A stretch of 61,213 bases of DNA from Candidatus Magasanikiibacteriota bacterium (GCA_903837125.1 CAILTG010000097.1:1-61213), one strand, 5' to 3'. Shown: positions 10,025-21,582, numbered from the stretch's first letter. Notes: a model not told the origin generated them from the sequence alone. Numbers and translations: made by a program.

Positions 10025-11269
10025 CTAATTAACACTAAAAAATTTTGTAATTTCAACCATCTCTACTTTTCCGCTCTTTCTATTCTTAACCTCCACACTC
10101 CCTTGTTCCAAGGTTTTTGAACTGACAATATATCTAATCGGGATACCAATAAGGTCACTATCAGCAAATTTTTGTCCGGCTGAAGCATCACGATCATCGT
10201 AGAGAACTTCGATATTTTGTTTAATTAAATTATTGTAAATTTCATCTGCCTTTTTTTTATCATTTTCATCTTTGCATAAAGAAATTAAATGAATTTGAAA
10301 TGGTGCTACAGCTTCAGGCCAAATAATACCTTTTTCATCATGATAAATTTCCACAATTGTTCCCATCACTCTGCCTGGACCAATACCATAACAACCCATA
10401 ATTACCGTTTGCTGTTTGCCATTTTCATCAGTAAATTTTAATCCTAAAGGTTCGGAAAATTTAGTACCTAAAGTAAAAATGTTTCCCACCTCTACTGCTT
10501 TTTCTTCAACTAATTCAGCTTTTTTAAGACCCAAACTATTTAAAACTTCGTCATTATACACTTCTTTGTTGATAGCAATTTTTTTATTTTTATCAACAAA
10601 AATGGTGTCTTCTCCAGCATTAGTTAAGGTTTGAAATTCATGGGAATACTTGGAAAATACACCACCAGAAGAAAAAGTTAAATAAGTTTGGGATCCTAAA
10701 CCACAACGTTCAAATATTTTTAAATAAGCTTCTTTTGATTTTTCATAAAATTGTTCATGTTCTTCCTGTGACCGAGAAAATGAGTACAGATCTTTCATTA
10801 GAAATTCTCGAGCACGCATAATTCCGCTTTTGGCTCTAAGCTCATTTCTAAATTTAGTCTGTATTTGATAAGCATAAACTGGTAAATCTTTATAAGATTT
10901 AATATGATTTTTCATTATGGCGGTAAGTGGTTCTTCAGCAGTAAAAGCCAAACCAAGTACAGTTTTATTTTTGAGCTCTGTTTTAAACCAATTATCAACT
11001 ACTTCGTCACTCCAACGATCAGTTTTTTCCCACAATTCCTGACTTTGTAAAGAGGTTAAAAATACCTCCTGACCGCCAATGGTATTGATTTCCTCTCTAA
11101 TAATATTACAAATCTTATTTAACACTCTAAGCCCTAGTGGCAAATATGAATAAACACCAGCTAGTTCTTTATTAATAAATCCAGCTCTAAGCAAAAGCTG
11201 TGCATTTATAGTCACTTCATCCTTAGGTGAATCTTTGAAAGTTTTGGTAAATAATTGAGACTGGCGCAT
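10025..11269 (-). CDS. proS: prolyl-tRNA synthetase (short form without an insertion editing domain)
   Basis: 414 aa with N-terminus MRQSQLF..., motif 2 FRNELRAKSGIMRAREFLMKD and a C-terminal anticodon-binding domain. Confidence 0.9.
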   Translation of the reverse strand: MRQSQLFTKTFKDSPKDEVTINAQLLLRAGFINKELAGVYSYLPLGLRVLNKICNIIREEINTIGGQEVFLTSLQSQELWEKTDRWSDEVVDNWFKTELKNKTVLGLAFTAEEPLTAIMKNHIKSYKDLPVYAYQIQTKFRNELRAKSGIMRAREFLMKDLYSFSRSQEEHEQFYEKSKEAYLKIFERCGLGSQTYLTFSSGGVFSKYSHEFQTLTNAGEDTIFVDKNKKIAINKEVYNDEVLNSLGLKKAELVEEKAVEVGNIFTLGTKFSEPLGLKFTDENGKQQTVIMGCYGIGPGRVMGTIVEIYHDEKGIIWPEAVAPFQIHLISLCKDENDKKKADEIYNNLIKQNIEVLYDDRDASAGQKFADSDLIGIPIRYIVSSKTLEQGSVEVKNRKSGKVEMVEITKFFSVN

Positions 11270-11328
11270 AGTGGCGAATGATTACAAGACTAAAAAAATG
11301 AAAGACTAAATAATTAAATATAAATCAT

Positions 11329-11733
11329 TCAATCTTTAACTTCGAAATTAACATTTTTTGGTTTATTAGTTAATTTAAATATGAAAAATAAAAATGCTAT
11401 TACTAATACGACCCCCACATTCCACCATCCCAAATATCCTTTACCCTGTAAATAAAGTAAGGCTGTTAAAAATATAGCCGATAAAAGAGCGTCTTGAAAA
11501 CTTCTCTGCACATACTTAAACATTGGCTGATCAGATGTGGAAAAAAAACGACGAATTGTAAAAGCTATTATTGAAGACAAACCTAATAAAGCTAAAAAAA
11601 TACTAGTATAAAAAAAAGTAAATCCCGTACCGGCATCAGTAAAGGGATCAATATTATAAATCACAAATCCCCCGGCCACAAAACAAAGCGCGGTGGCCAA
11701 AAACATGATAATTAAATACTGTTTTAGAGTCAT
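11329..11733 (-). CDS. hypothetical membrane protein (134 aa)
   Basis: Four predicted hydrophobic helices; no motif recognised. Confidence 0.6.
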   Translation of the reverse strand: MTLKQYLIIMFLATALCFVAGGFVIYNIDPFTDAGTGFTFFYTSIFLALLGLSSIIAFTIRRFFSTSDQPMFKYVQRSFQDALLSAIFLTALLYLQGKGYLGWWNVGVVLVIAFLFFIFKLTNKPKNVNFEVKD

Positions 11734-11796
11734 AAAAACAGCTTATTTAGCTTGTTTATTTTACCTGATTTTTTGTTTTAAAGCAAGCTTGGTATT

Positions 11797-12087
11797 TTAG
11801 GTTAAATAGCGGATTCGATCAACTTCTTTTTTACCCAATTTTTGATTAATTTTATCCACAATTTCCTGCTGATGTAAGTGAATTTCTTGAGCGATCACCA
11901 AAGTTTGGCAAGTAATAGTTAAGGTGCGATTTTTTAAAAATAGAGGCTTAGCTAATTTAGCGTTTTTTTCTCCAAAAATTTCCTCTAAGGATACTTCAGC
12001 TAACCCAACTATTGGCCCTTTATCAATTGAGCCTGGGGAGGAAGTTAAATTATTATGATGTTTAGTAGTAATTTTATTGGGTGACAT
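11797..12087 (-). CDS. DUF721/DciA-like protein
   Basis: The C-terminal pattern (LFLKNRTLTITCQTLVIAQEIHLHQQEIVDKIN) resembles the DUF721 family. I chose the internal ATG (MSPNK...) because the longer ORF overlaps the upstream gene. Confidence 0.5.
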   Translation of the reverse strand: MSPNKITTKHHNNLTSSPGSIDKGPIVGLAEVSLEEIFGEKNAKLAKPLFLKNRTLTITCQTLVIAQEIHLHQQEIVDKINQKLGKKEVDRIRYLT

Positions 12088-12100
12088 AAAACAAATAAGG

Positions 12101-12613
12101 TTACACTTTATATAGGTATATTTTACCATCTTTTGCTTGATATTGCCAATTGGGGAAAGTAAAGCTATAGGAAATTATTCGTGAGCCGGGTTTCATTTCC
12201 TGCATAATTTTTTGCTGTAATTGTTCCATTTTACCGGGAATAAAGTAAATAAACATTACATTTATTTCACCCAGATGATAATTCCAAAAGTTTATTCGTT
12301 TAAATTTAACATTTTTTGAACGTTTAAGAAAACATTTAAATTTTGACCAATAACATAATACCGGATTAATTTCTAATCCTAAACAAACAGCTCCGGTTTT
12401 GGCCGCGGCAAAAACAATTCTACCATCTCCAGAACCTAAATCAATCATTTTTTCACCTAATTTTAGATTGGATAATTCCAACATTTTTTGAACACTTTTG
12501 TTATTGGTGGGAACAAAAGGAGCACCTTTGAACATGGCATAAACAGAATAAATAGTAAAAATGAAAACAAAAAAACAAATAACTCCTAAAAACAAATAAC
12601 TTATTAAAAACAT
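12101..12613 (-). CDS. class I SAM-dependent methyltransferase with N-terminal TM helix
   Basis: Motif I IDLGSGDGRIVFAAA, 170 aa. Confidence 0.75.
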   Translation of the reverse strand: MFLISYLFLGVICFFVFIFTIYSVYAMFKGAPFVPTNNKSVQKMLELSNLKLGEKMIDLGSGDGRIVFAAAKTGAVCLGLEINPVLCYWSKFKCFLKRSKNVKFKRINFWNYHLGEINVMFIYFIPGKMEQLQQKIMQEMKPGSRIISYSFTFPNWQYQAKDGKIYLYKV

Positions 12614-12622
12614 AATAAAAAT

Positions 12623-15568
12623 CTATAATTTTCTAAACTCACAAATGCCTTTAAAATCACAATAGGAACAAACATGATCACCTGGGGTGGCTGCAAAATC
12701 ACCCAAGCTAATTTGTTCAATTATTTTTAATAATTTTTCTTGTAATTTTTGTAATTCCTCTGCTTCACCCACGAAGGATATTTTGATATTATCATTTAAA
12801 TAAAAGAAACTTAATTTTCCTATTTTACCAATATTTCTATATTCAGGAAGTGCAATAACTGCCAATTGATAAATCAACAGTTGATCTTTATCATCGCCGG
12901 TAACTTTTTCCTTAGCTTTTCCGGTTTTATAATCAATAATTTCCAGTGTTCCATCACTTAATTTATCCACCCGATCAATTCTTCCTCTTACTGTATAATT
13001 TCCTATTTTAATTTTAAATCCGCTTTCTAGCGTACTGGGTACAGTCCAGTTATTTTCTTGTGCCGTATAAAAAACTTTCAAAATTTCCCGGCCTTTTTTA
13101 TGATAATCTTCTTTTTGTTTAGCAGACTCATACCAATCATCAATCCAACATTCTTCGTATAATTTTAAAAGATCGGTTAAAACAGGAACTTTAATATTTG
13201 CAAGATTTACCACTTCAACCACAGCACCAAATAGTGAATCTTGTTTTGCTGAATTTAATTCTTGCACTTTTTGATAAAACTTCTGCAAAGTATTATGTAT
13301 GGTTGAACCAAAACTGAAACTGGCACTACTTTTAGTTGGTAGCTTCAGTACATAAGCTAATTTGTATTGATAAGGACAACGCCCATACGAATTTATTTGC
13401 GAATATGAAAAGGTGTTTGGCAAATGAGCAATACCTGCTGATTTTGTTTCGTTTTTAGCATTTTGACCATTTGACAATTTATCAATTGATAAACTATTAA
13501 TTTGCTTAATTGCTTTTGGTTCATAATCAAGCTCCGCTAAAAACCGACTCATTTTTTTCTTTCTCACCCCGCCATAATCATCGGCACTGGTTAAAAATAA
13601 TTTTTCTTTAGCTCGAGTAATTGCCACATAAAACAATCTCCGCTCTTCTTCATAGTGATAATCCCCTTCTGGTAAGTGTTCTTTAATTAATGACAGTGGA
13701 ATCTCAATTCCTTCGCCATGTTTACGTGTGGGAAATCTTTCTTCAACCAAATTGACCACAAAAACTTGACTAAATTCCAAACCTTTTGCACTATGAATTG
13801 TCATAATTTTTACCGACTGTTCTACATTTTCTAAAGCTTTAATCTTTCCTTCGTCCCCCGCCTCTAAGACATAATTAAGCTGCTCTAAAAATAGTGCCAC
13901 ATTTACGCCCGGTTGATTTGTTTCAAATTCAGAAACAAAATCTAAAAATTGCCGTAAAAAATAAATTTGTCTTATTAATTCACGGTTTCCTTGTTCTTCT
14001 TCATGAGCCAAATAAGTTAAATAACCGCTATCATTCAAAAAATTATATAAAATAACTGTTAATTTTTCTTTTCTGGCTTGTTTAACACCTTCATTAATTA
14101 AACCAAGTAATTTATCACAAATTTTAATACCTGCTGCACTTAAACCAAATTCCGTAGCGTGTTTTAAAGCTTCGTAATAAGAAACTGTTTTTTTCTTAGC
14201 CAAATAAGTTAATTTTTGTAAATCATTTTCGGAAAAATTTAAAAAAGAAAGCTGTAAAAGTCGATAAATAGAAGTAGATTCATGATAACTGTCAATAACT
14301 TTTAAAAAATTAATACAATCTAAAATAATTGGCTGTTTGTATAAACCCGCGGAAGCCAAATACTCATAAGGAATATTCTTTTTTGCTAGAGCATTAATAA
14401 ACGGTTCGGCATGGCTATTGGCACGAACCAAAATGGCAATTTCAGATAATGCTACTGATTTATTTTCACAAATTTCACAGATTTTATTTACCACCCCCGC
14501 CACTTCTTCATCTAGTGTATTAAAATGTTTATACTCTACTTTTGACATTTTGTTTTCTACTTTGGACTTCAATCTTTTGTTAATATTCAACTTTACTTCC
14601 AATCTGTCTGGATTGTTGTTTTGAATTGATTTATAGGCTAAATCCAAAATTTCCTGTCCTGAACGATAATTTTCTGTAAGCACTATTTCTTTAGCACGCG
14701 GGTAGTCATCTTTAAAGCGTAAAATATTAGATACTGAAGCTCCGCGAAATGCATAGATTGATTGGTCATCATCACCCACTACAGTTAATTGTGATTTTTT
14801 TCCAACCAACAATCTTACCAACTGATATTGTGCCCAATTCACATCTTGAAATTCATCTATCAAAATATATCTGAATCTGTTTTGTAATGCCTGAAGAATA
14901 TTGGGACGTTCTTTGAGAAGTTTAATCGTATAAAAAATTAGATCACCAAAATCAAGTGAGCCATTATCTAAAAGTAATTGGTTATAAACGTGGTAAGCAT
15001 TGGCAATTTCAGTTAGACGCGGATAATCATTGTCCCATTGTTCCATTGAACCATTGTTATTTTTGGATTCTTCGGCATATTTTAAATAATCGGCAGGTGT
15101 AATCAACTCATCTTTGCATTTAGAAAAATGTTTAATCAATTCATGAATATGACGGGTGGGATTGCCTAAAGGACGGTAATAATCCAAACTAAATTTATCC
15201 AAATTTTTTCTAATCAAGAGCCAAGCGTCGGTGACAGTTAACAACTTAGACTTATTTGGTAAGCCGATATCCAAACCATACTGTTCTAAAATTTTCTGAC
15301 AAAAAGAATGAAATGTGGATATCTGCATATCCACATAACCAGAGTCCACTATTTCATCAATTCTTTCCTGCATTTCATTGGCTGCCTTATCAGTAAAAGT
15401 GAGAGCTAAAATTTCTTCTGGTTTTGCCAGTTTACTGGCAATTAAATATGAAATTTTTTGGGTAATTACGGTAGTTTTTCCAGTTCCAGCACCAGCCACA
15501 ATTAAAAGAGGGCCATCGGTATATTCAATGGCTTCTTGTTGGAATTTGTTTAAACTATATTTAGCCAT
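12623..15568 (-). CDS. UvrD/PcrA-type SF1 helicase fused to a PD-(D/E)XK Fe-S nuclease (AddA/AddB-like single chain)
   Basis: Walker A AGAGTGKT and motif II LIDEFQDVN. The C-terminal nuclease has GRIDRVD and IDYKTGK. Four Cys are arranged as in Cas4/AddB (C...CSYCDFKGIC = CX2CX5C). Confidence 0.9.
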   Translation of the reverse strand: MAKYSLNKFQQEAIEYTDGPLLIVAGAGTGKTTVITQKISYLIASKLAKPEEILALTFTDKAANEMQERIDEIVDSGYVDMQISTFHSFCQKILEQYGLDIGLPNKSKLLTVTDAWLLIRKNLDKFSLDYYRPLGNPTRHIHELIKHFSKCKDELITPADYLKYAEESKNNNGSMEQWDNDYPRLTEIANAYHVYNQLLLDNGSLDFGDLIFYTIKLLKERPNILQALQNRFRYILIDEFQDVNWAQYQLVRLLVGKKSQLTVVGDDDQSIYAFRGASVSNILRFKDDYPRAKEIVLTENYRSGQEILDLAYKSIQNNNPDRLEVKLNINKRLKSKVENKMSKVEYKHFNTLDEEVAGVVNKICEICENKSVALSEIAILVRANSHAEPFINALAKKNIPYEYLASAGLYKQPIILDCINFLKVIDSYHESTSIYRLLQLSFLNFSENDLQKLTYLAKKKTVSYYEALKHATEFGLSAAGIKICDKLLGLINEGVKQARKEKLTVILYNFLNDSGYLTYLAHEEEQGNRELIRQIYFLRQFLDFVSEFETNQPGVNVALFLEQLNYVLEAGDEGKIKALENVEQSVKIMTIHSAKGLEFSQVFVVNLVEERFPTRKHGEGIEIPLSLIKEHLPEGDYHYEEERRLFYVAITRAKEKLFLTSADDYGGVRKKKMSRFLAELDYEPKAIKQINSLSIDKLSNGQNAKNETKSAGIAHLPNTFSYSQINSYGRCPYQYKLAYVLKLPTKSSASFSFGSTIHNTLQKFYQKVQELNSAKQDSLFGAVVEVVNLANIKVPVLTDLLKLYEECWIDDWYESAKQKEDYHKKGREILKVFYTAQENNWTVPSTLESGFKIKIGNYTVRGRIDRVDKLSDGTLEIIDYKTGKAKEKVTGDDKDQLLIYQLAVIALPEYRNIGKIGKLSFFYLNDNIKISFVGEAEELQKLQEKLLKIIEQISLGDFAATPGDHVCSYCDFKGICEFRKL

Positions 15569-15573
15569 TAAAA

Positions 15574-16104
15574 TTATTTAACACTTAAAAGCAAACTATT
15601 TTTCATCATTTCAATCTGTTTAAAATATTTTTCATCTAATTTAAGATAATCAGGATTTTCAAAATCATCTTTTACTTTAGAAAAAGATATAGTCTCACCC
15701 AAAACATTAAAACCTAAATAGTGCAATATTGGCAATAAATTTTCAAACATTCGGACGCCCCCAAATCCTCCGCTTGAGACACTGCAAACAACCAATGGTT
15801 TATTTTTATATTCAGCTAGGGCTTTGTCTAACCAAATTTTTAATTCACCCGGATAGCCATGATTATATTCCGGAGCTACCAAAATAAAACCCTGAGCATT
15901 AACTACAATTTCTTTCCATTTTTTTACTTGTTCATTTTCAACCCAAGCTGGTACAGTTACTGAAGTAACAAAATCACGTACATCCAAAATTTCCGTTTTA
16001 AACTCAAACATTTTTACTTTTTCAAGTAAATACTCAGCTACTTTCTCCGACATTCTTCCTTCTCTGCCGGTTCCCAATAAAATTGGTATATATGGCTTTA
16101 ACAT
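15574..16104 (-). CDS. NADPH-dependent FMN reductase family protein
   Basis: 176 aa with a flavodoxin-like pattern including PEYNHGYPG. Confidence 0.8.
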   Translation of the reverse strand: MLKPYIPILLGTGREGRMSEKVAEYLLEKVKMFEFKTEILDVRDFVTSVTVPAWVENEQVKKWKEIVVNAQGFILVAPEYNHGYPGELKIWLDKALAEYKNKPLVVCSVSSGGFGGVRMFENLLPILHYLGFNVLGETISFSKVKDDFENPDYLKLDEKYFKQIEMMKNSLLLSVK

Positions 16105-16154
16105 AATTTTAAAGTTAAATCTATTAACAGTTTATCACTAATTAAGAGAAAAGA

Positions 16155-16182
16155 AAACAGCCCCACATTTGGGACTGTTTCC
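16155..16182 (-). terminator. putative intrinsic terminator
   Basis: On the minus strand, the AACAGTCCCA / TGGGGCTGTT hairpin is followed by a T-rich run. Confidence 0.5.
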
Positions 16183-16342
16183 ATGCTTCGGTTGCAATTA
16201 GCAACCACATCCTGGTCCATTCATATAATTAAATTATTAAGAATAATCCCCTCTCTATTAATATCATACTATTACAGTCTGAATTAAGCAAGACTACAAC
16301 TGTGGATAACTTTATTCTATTGAATTCGCTTTTATAATAAAA

Positions 16343-16471
16343 TTACTTACCGCAACCACACTCAGAATCTGCTGTTTCACTTTCACACTTGCAGCACGTT
16401 TGGCAGCAAGTACCCTCTCCACAGCATTTTTCTTCTTCTGTTATGTCCATCCCGCATTTTTGGCATTGCAT
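16343..16471 (-). CDS. 42-aa cysteine-rich small protein (below the ORF-track cutoff)
   Basis: My hand translation gives MQCQKCGMDITEEEKCCGEGTCCQTCCKCESETADSECGCGK, with 11 Cys in 42 residues. It has its own predicted promoter upstream and lies between two terminators. Confidence 0.4.
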   Translation of the reverse strand: MQCQKCGMDITEEEKCCGEGTCCQTCCKCESETADSECGCGK

Positions 16472-16513
16472 ATTTTATATAATTATATGATTTAATCATC
16501 ACTCTTCATGATT

Positions 16514-16541
16514 ATTATACACTATCCTATTTTTGATGCAA
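16514..16541 (-). promoter_or_regulatory. sigma70-like promoter for the Cys-rich mini-ORF
   Basis: The minus strand reads TTGCAT, 16 nt, TATAAT, about 45 nt upstream of the ATG at 16471. Confidence 0.5.
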
Positions 16542-16568
16542 AGCCTGTGGGTATATTCATTCACAACT

Positions 16569-16610
16569 AAAAAAAAGACTGCCTTCCGGACAGTCTTAAA
16601 ATTTTTTTTA
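16569..16610 (-). terminator. intrinsic terminator after the 598-aa gene
   Basis: AGACTGCC / GGCAGTCT stem flanked by an A-run and a T-run, immediately after the stop at 16622. Confidence 0.8.
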
Positions 16611-16621
16611 ATTTATTCCCT

Positions 16622-18418
16622 CTAATAACCACGCGTCACGAAGGGAATCATTGCTAGGGTTTCACGTTCAGGACCACAAAGCGTCCAGATTGGTGCCAAA
16701 CGGCCATCCAATAAAGCTGCAGTGGCTGGCTCACCTCTTTTGTAAAGTCCTATAGCTTTTTTACGTAACACATTTATTCGATGAGCAATTACTGAAGGTA
16801 TTTCTGGTACTACTTCATTTAAAAAATCAAAAAACTTTTCACTTTCCATTTTCAGCCAATCAATTTTTTGAAGTTCTTCACCCCAATTAGTTTCCTGTAA
16901 TTTTTTTACCACCTCCGGACTAGGCATTTTTTTTAACCTTTCAAAGGCTAAAACTGCTACAGGATTATTTACATAAGCTTCAGCATCAACTTTAGGTACT
17001 CCTTCAAACAAATCTTGTTCCACTATACCTTTAGCTGGATACAGAGTTGCTAATAATTTAGCTTCACTTTTAGAAAACTTTTCCGAACGGCGAACACCTT
17101 GTACAATACCATGAGCCAAATCCACGTCTGTTGACAAAGTTGGCGAATCAGGGAATACATTAAAACCCCTAGCTCGATCAAATGGTCCATTTTCTCTTGA
17201 AGTAACAGCAATTACACTTTCATCATGATCACTATAGGGATATTTTTTTCTAGAACCATCTTTGTTAAAATTATGCAAATATCCACTATAAGTATTTGCC
17301 AAGACAATCATAACTCTTTGTTTTAATTCTCCCTGTTTTTCTTTTCCATAGACTCCAGGAAAAATTCGCAATATCTTGTCTCTGATAATTCTGGTAGCCT
17401 TACCGTCATCGGCCATTTCTTTTAGGCGAGTCCAAAACAAAATTGTACTTTCTTTATAATTAGAACGATAATCAATATCAAAATGATGTTTCTCAAATAA
17501 GTGCATCAAATCACCACTGTCTTCTTCCAAAAATGACTCAGTGGACAAAATTTTTCCTTCTTCGGCAAGATTATGTAAAATTTCATGTGAATAACCATGT
17601 TTTTTTACATTCTCATCTTCCAAACACTCATTTTTTTCTAATCCCATATACATAAAACCAGTATGAGGATCAAAAGAAGTTTGAACTGAAGCTACTCTTT
17701 TTTTACCATGATATTTTTGCATTACATAGTCTTCAATTGCTGCTTGAATAACTTTCTTTCTTTTCACTTCTGCCATTAAACCTGCATCTTCAGGTGAACC
17801 AGTTAAAGCTTCTTTTTTAACAATTTCTTTCCCGCCTGCAGCACAAGCCACATGGCTGTCATAAACTTCATTTATTACATCAACATTTTCAAAAACTCCA
17901 TCTAATAAACTCGAAAACTCACCCTCATCCAAATAATCTGGCTGATTAGCATCCCTGTTTGGTACTACTTCTGGCAAATCTCCTGCTGGAGTTTTAATAG
18001 AATTTCCATGCAAACCCATGGTTAATTTTGTAATTATTCTGCCATCAATACATAAAACCCACTTAGGCAAATCAAGAGGAAAAAGACTTCTTTTTAATTC
18101 AATTATTTCTCTAATTTCTGGAGATTGGATATCTTTTAAACGTTCCTCTCGAGAATAAAAAAACTGCCAAAGTTTAAAATATAGTCCTGCTAATTTTTTT
18201 TTGGCTTCAGCCTCACCTGCTTGTTCATAAGTATCCTGATGCAACTTTACAATTGCCTCTAAATAATTATCAAGCTGTTTTTTTATACCTGGCTCAATTT
18301 CAGACATTTCATCTCTCAACGGTTCTAAAAGTTCAAGAAAACGAAGCCCCTGCTCGTGGGCATCAATTTGACGTGATGCATGAACTATACTCGGATCACT
18401 GGGTCCTGCGTCTCTCAT
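16622..18418 (-). CDS. large hypothetical protein (598 aa) with a beta-carbonic-anhydrase-like CxDxR ... HxxC motif pair
   Basis: Long uninterrupted ORF 10 nt after atpC. It contains LCIDGRI (C123, D125, R127) and SHVACAAGG (H189, C192). No family was confidently recognised. Confidence 0.8.
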   Translation of the reverse strand: MRDAGPSDPSIVHASRQIDAHEQGLRFLELLEPLRDEMSEIEPGIKKQLDNYLEAIVKLHQDTYEQAGEAEAKKKLAGLYFKLWQFFYSREERLKDIQSPEIREIIELKRSLFPLDLPKWVLCIDGRIITKLTMGLHGNSIKTPAGDLPEVVPNRDANQPDYLDEGEFSSLLDGVFENVDVINEVYDSHVACAAGGKEIVKKEALTGSPEDAGLMAEVKRKKVIQAAIEDYVMQKYHGKKRVASVQTSFDPHTGFMYMGLEKNECLEDENVKKHGYSHEILHNLAEEGKILSTESFLEEDSGDLMHLFEKHHFDIDYRSNYKESTILFWTRLKEMADDGKATRIIRDKILRIFPGVYGKEKQGELKQRVMIVLANTYSGYLHNFNKDGSRKKYPYSDHDESVIAVTSRENGPFDRARGFNVFPDSPTLSTDVDLAHGIVQGVRRSEKFSKSEAKLLATLYPAKGIVEQDLFEGVPKVDAEAYVNNPVAVLAFERLKKMPSPEVVKKLQETNWGEELQKIDWLKMESEKFFDFLNEVVPEIPSVIAHRINVLRKKAIGLYKRGEPATAALLDGRLAPIWTLCGPERETLAMIPFVTRGY

Positions 18419-18428
18419 ATAATTTAAA

Positions 18429-18863
18429 TTATTTACTAATATTAATTTTCTTATATTTCTTCCCCACTTTTATTCTATTCATTTCCCTATCAATTACAGC
18501 TTGCAAACGAGCATAATCAACATTTTCCTGGCCTTTAACTTTAGTCATTTCTTCTTCCGCACGTTTTCTAGCTTGTTCAGCACGATCAATATCAATTAAA
18601 TCTACTCGTTCAGCATTATCAGCTAAAATAATTACTTCATTATTAGCTCGTACTTCCAAAAAACCACTGGAGATTGCCATAACATGTTCACCTTCATTAT
18701 CTTTTATTTTTAATTCTCCTGCTTGCAAAATTGAAACTAATGGTATGTGATGTGGTAAAACAGTAATTTCACCGGTCGTTGTGGGAATAGAAACCTGAAA
18801 AATATCATTTTCATAAACAACTTTTTCTGGAGTGGCGATTTTAAAATGAATAGTATGGTTCAT
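18429..18863 (-). CDS. atpC: F1 ATP synthase subunit epsilon
   Basis: 144 aa with an N-terminal beta-sandwich and C-terminal helices; follows atpD. Confidence 0.9.
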   Translation of the reverse strand: MNHTIHFKIATPEKVVYENDIFQVSIPTTTGEITVLPHHIPLVSILQAGELKIKDNEGEHVMAISSGFLEVRANNEVIILADNAERVDLIDIDRAEQARKRAEEEMTKVKGQENVDYARLQAVIDREMNRIKVGKKYKKINISK

Positions 18864-18883
18864 AATCTCGAGCCAAGCGAGAG

Positions 18884-18964
18884 ATCCCTTTTCTGTGGGT
18901 TAAACTTCGCTTTAATTTAAAACATTAATTGCTGCATTGAAAAGGGATTCCTCACCTGTGGGTT
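18884..18964. repeat. structured atpD-atpC intergenic region
   Basis: 10-bp inverted repeat ATCCCTTTTC (18884-18893) / GAAAAGGGAT (18939-18948), plus direct repeat CTGTGGGTT at 18893 and 18956. Confidence 0.6.
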
Positions 18965-18969
18965 CGGAA

Positions 18970-20619
<1,650 letters not shown>

Positions 20620-20623
<4 letters not shown>

Positions 20624-21582
20624 TCCAACGCCGCCGCACCACCTGCAATTTCGGCAATTTCTTGCGTAATACCAGCTTGGCGAGCTTTGTTAAATATTAA
20701 ACTTAATTCTTTGATCATGTCACTAGCTGCGTCACTTGCGTTTCTCATTGCAAACATTCTGGCAGAATGTTCAGAAGCAGACGATTCTAACATTGCTTGA
20801 AATACTTGGGTTTCTACTAATCGGGGTAGAATTATTTCCAAAACAGAATCTTGAGTTGGTTCAAAAAGATAGTCGTCCAATTCTAAGTTATCAGTTTTTA
20901 GTTCAGAGTTTTTAGTTATAATTTCTTCTCCAAGATCAGAGATCATTTTTTCTAAATCAAACTGTGAAATTGGCAAAACTTGTCGTAATTTGGCAACTTG
21001 ATTTATGGTAGATTTAAAATCTGTATAAGCCACAACCACTTTATCATAATTCTTTTTTTGATATTCTTCAATCACCATTGTACTAATCGGCAAAACATCA
21101 TTAAGTTTTGGGGTATCGGAAAATTCGGAAAAACTAGCAATAAGGTGATAACCCATTCTTTTGGCAAAATCAGCGCCTTTTTTACCAATTCCAATAACAT
21201 CCACCTCTACCTGTTCAGATGGCTCTAAAACGCCATTTTCTACTCTCTGACGGCTGATATTTTTAGGATCAACCAGTTGAGCAGCAGTTTTTTTGATAAT
21301 ATTGGCATTAAAACTTCCACAAAGTCCGCGATTAGAAGTAATCAAAATAATTAACAACTTTTTAACTTGTCTAACTTCCAACAGAGGAAATTGTTTTTTT
21401 TGTACTCCGGATAATTTTACGAGCAAATCCCAAGCCAGCGTAGCATAAGTACGAGTATTTACCGCTGCTTCAATTGCCTTACGCATTTTTACAGCAGAAA
21501 TCATTTCCATAGCTCGAGTAATTTTTTTAGTCGAGCCGACAGATTTGATTCTACGTTTAATTGCTTTAGTATTTACGGGCAT
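20620..21582 (-). CDS. atpG: F1 ATP synthase subunit gamma
   Basis: 320 aa with conserved N- and C-terminal helices (...ITQEIAEIAGGAAALE). Confidence 0.93.

Noticed and set aside
16301-16309. A perfect DnaA box (TTATCCACA on the minus strand), suggesting a replication origin. Weaker matches lie near 5484 and 16545.
   Set aside because: It is a single perfect box, with no cluster, no adjacent dnaA or dnaN, and no AT-rich unwinding element distinguishable from the AT-rich background.
18955-18969. A GGGTTCGGAAT string resembling a tRNA T-arm in the atpD-atpC spacer.
   Set aside because: No cloverleaf can be drawn, because the acceptor and anticodon stems are absent. The string is part of the CTGTGGGTT direct repeat in a structured spacer.
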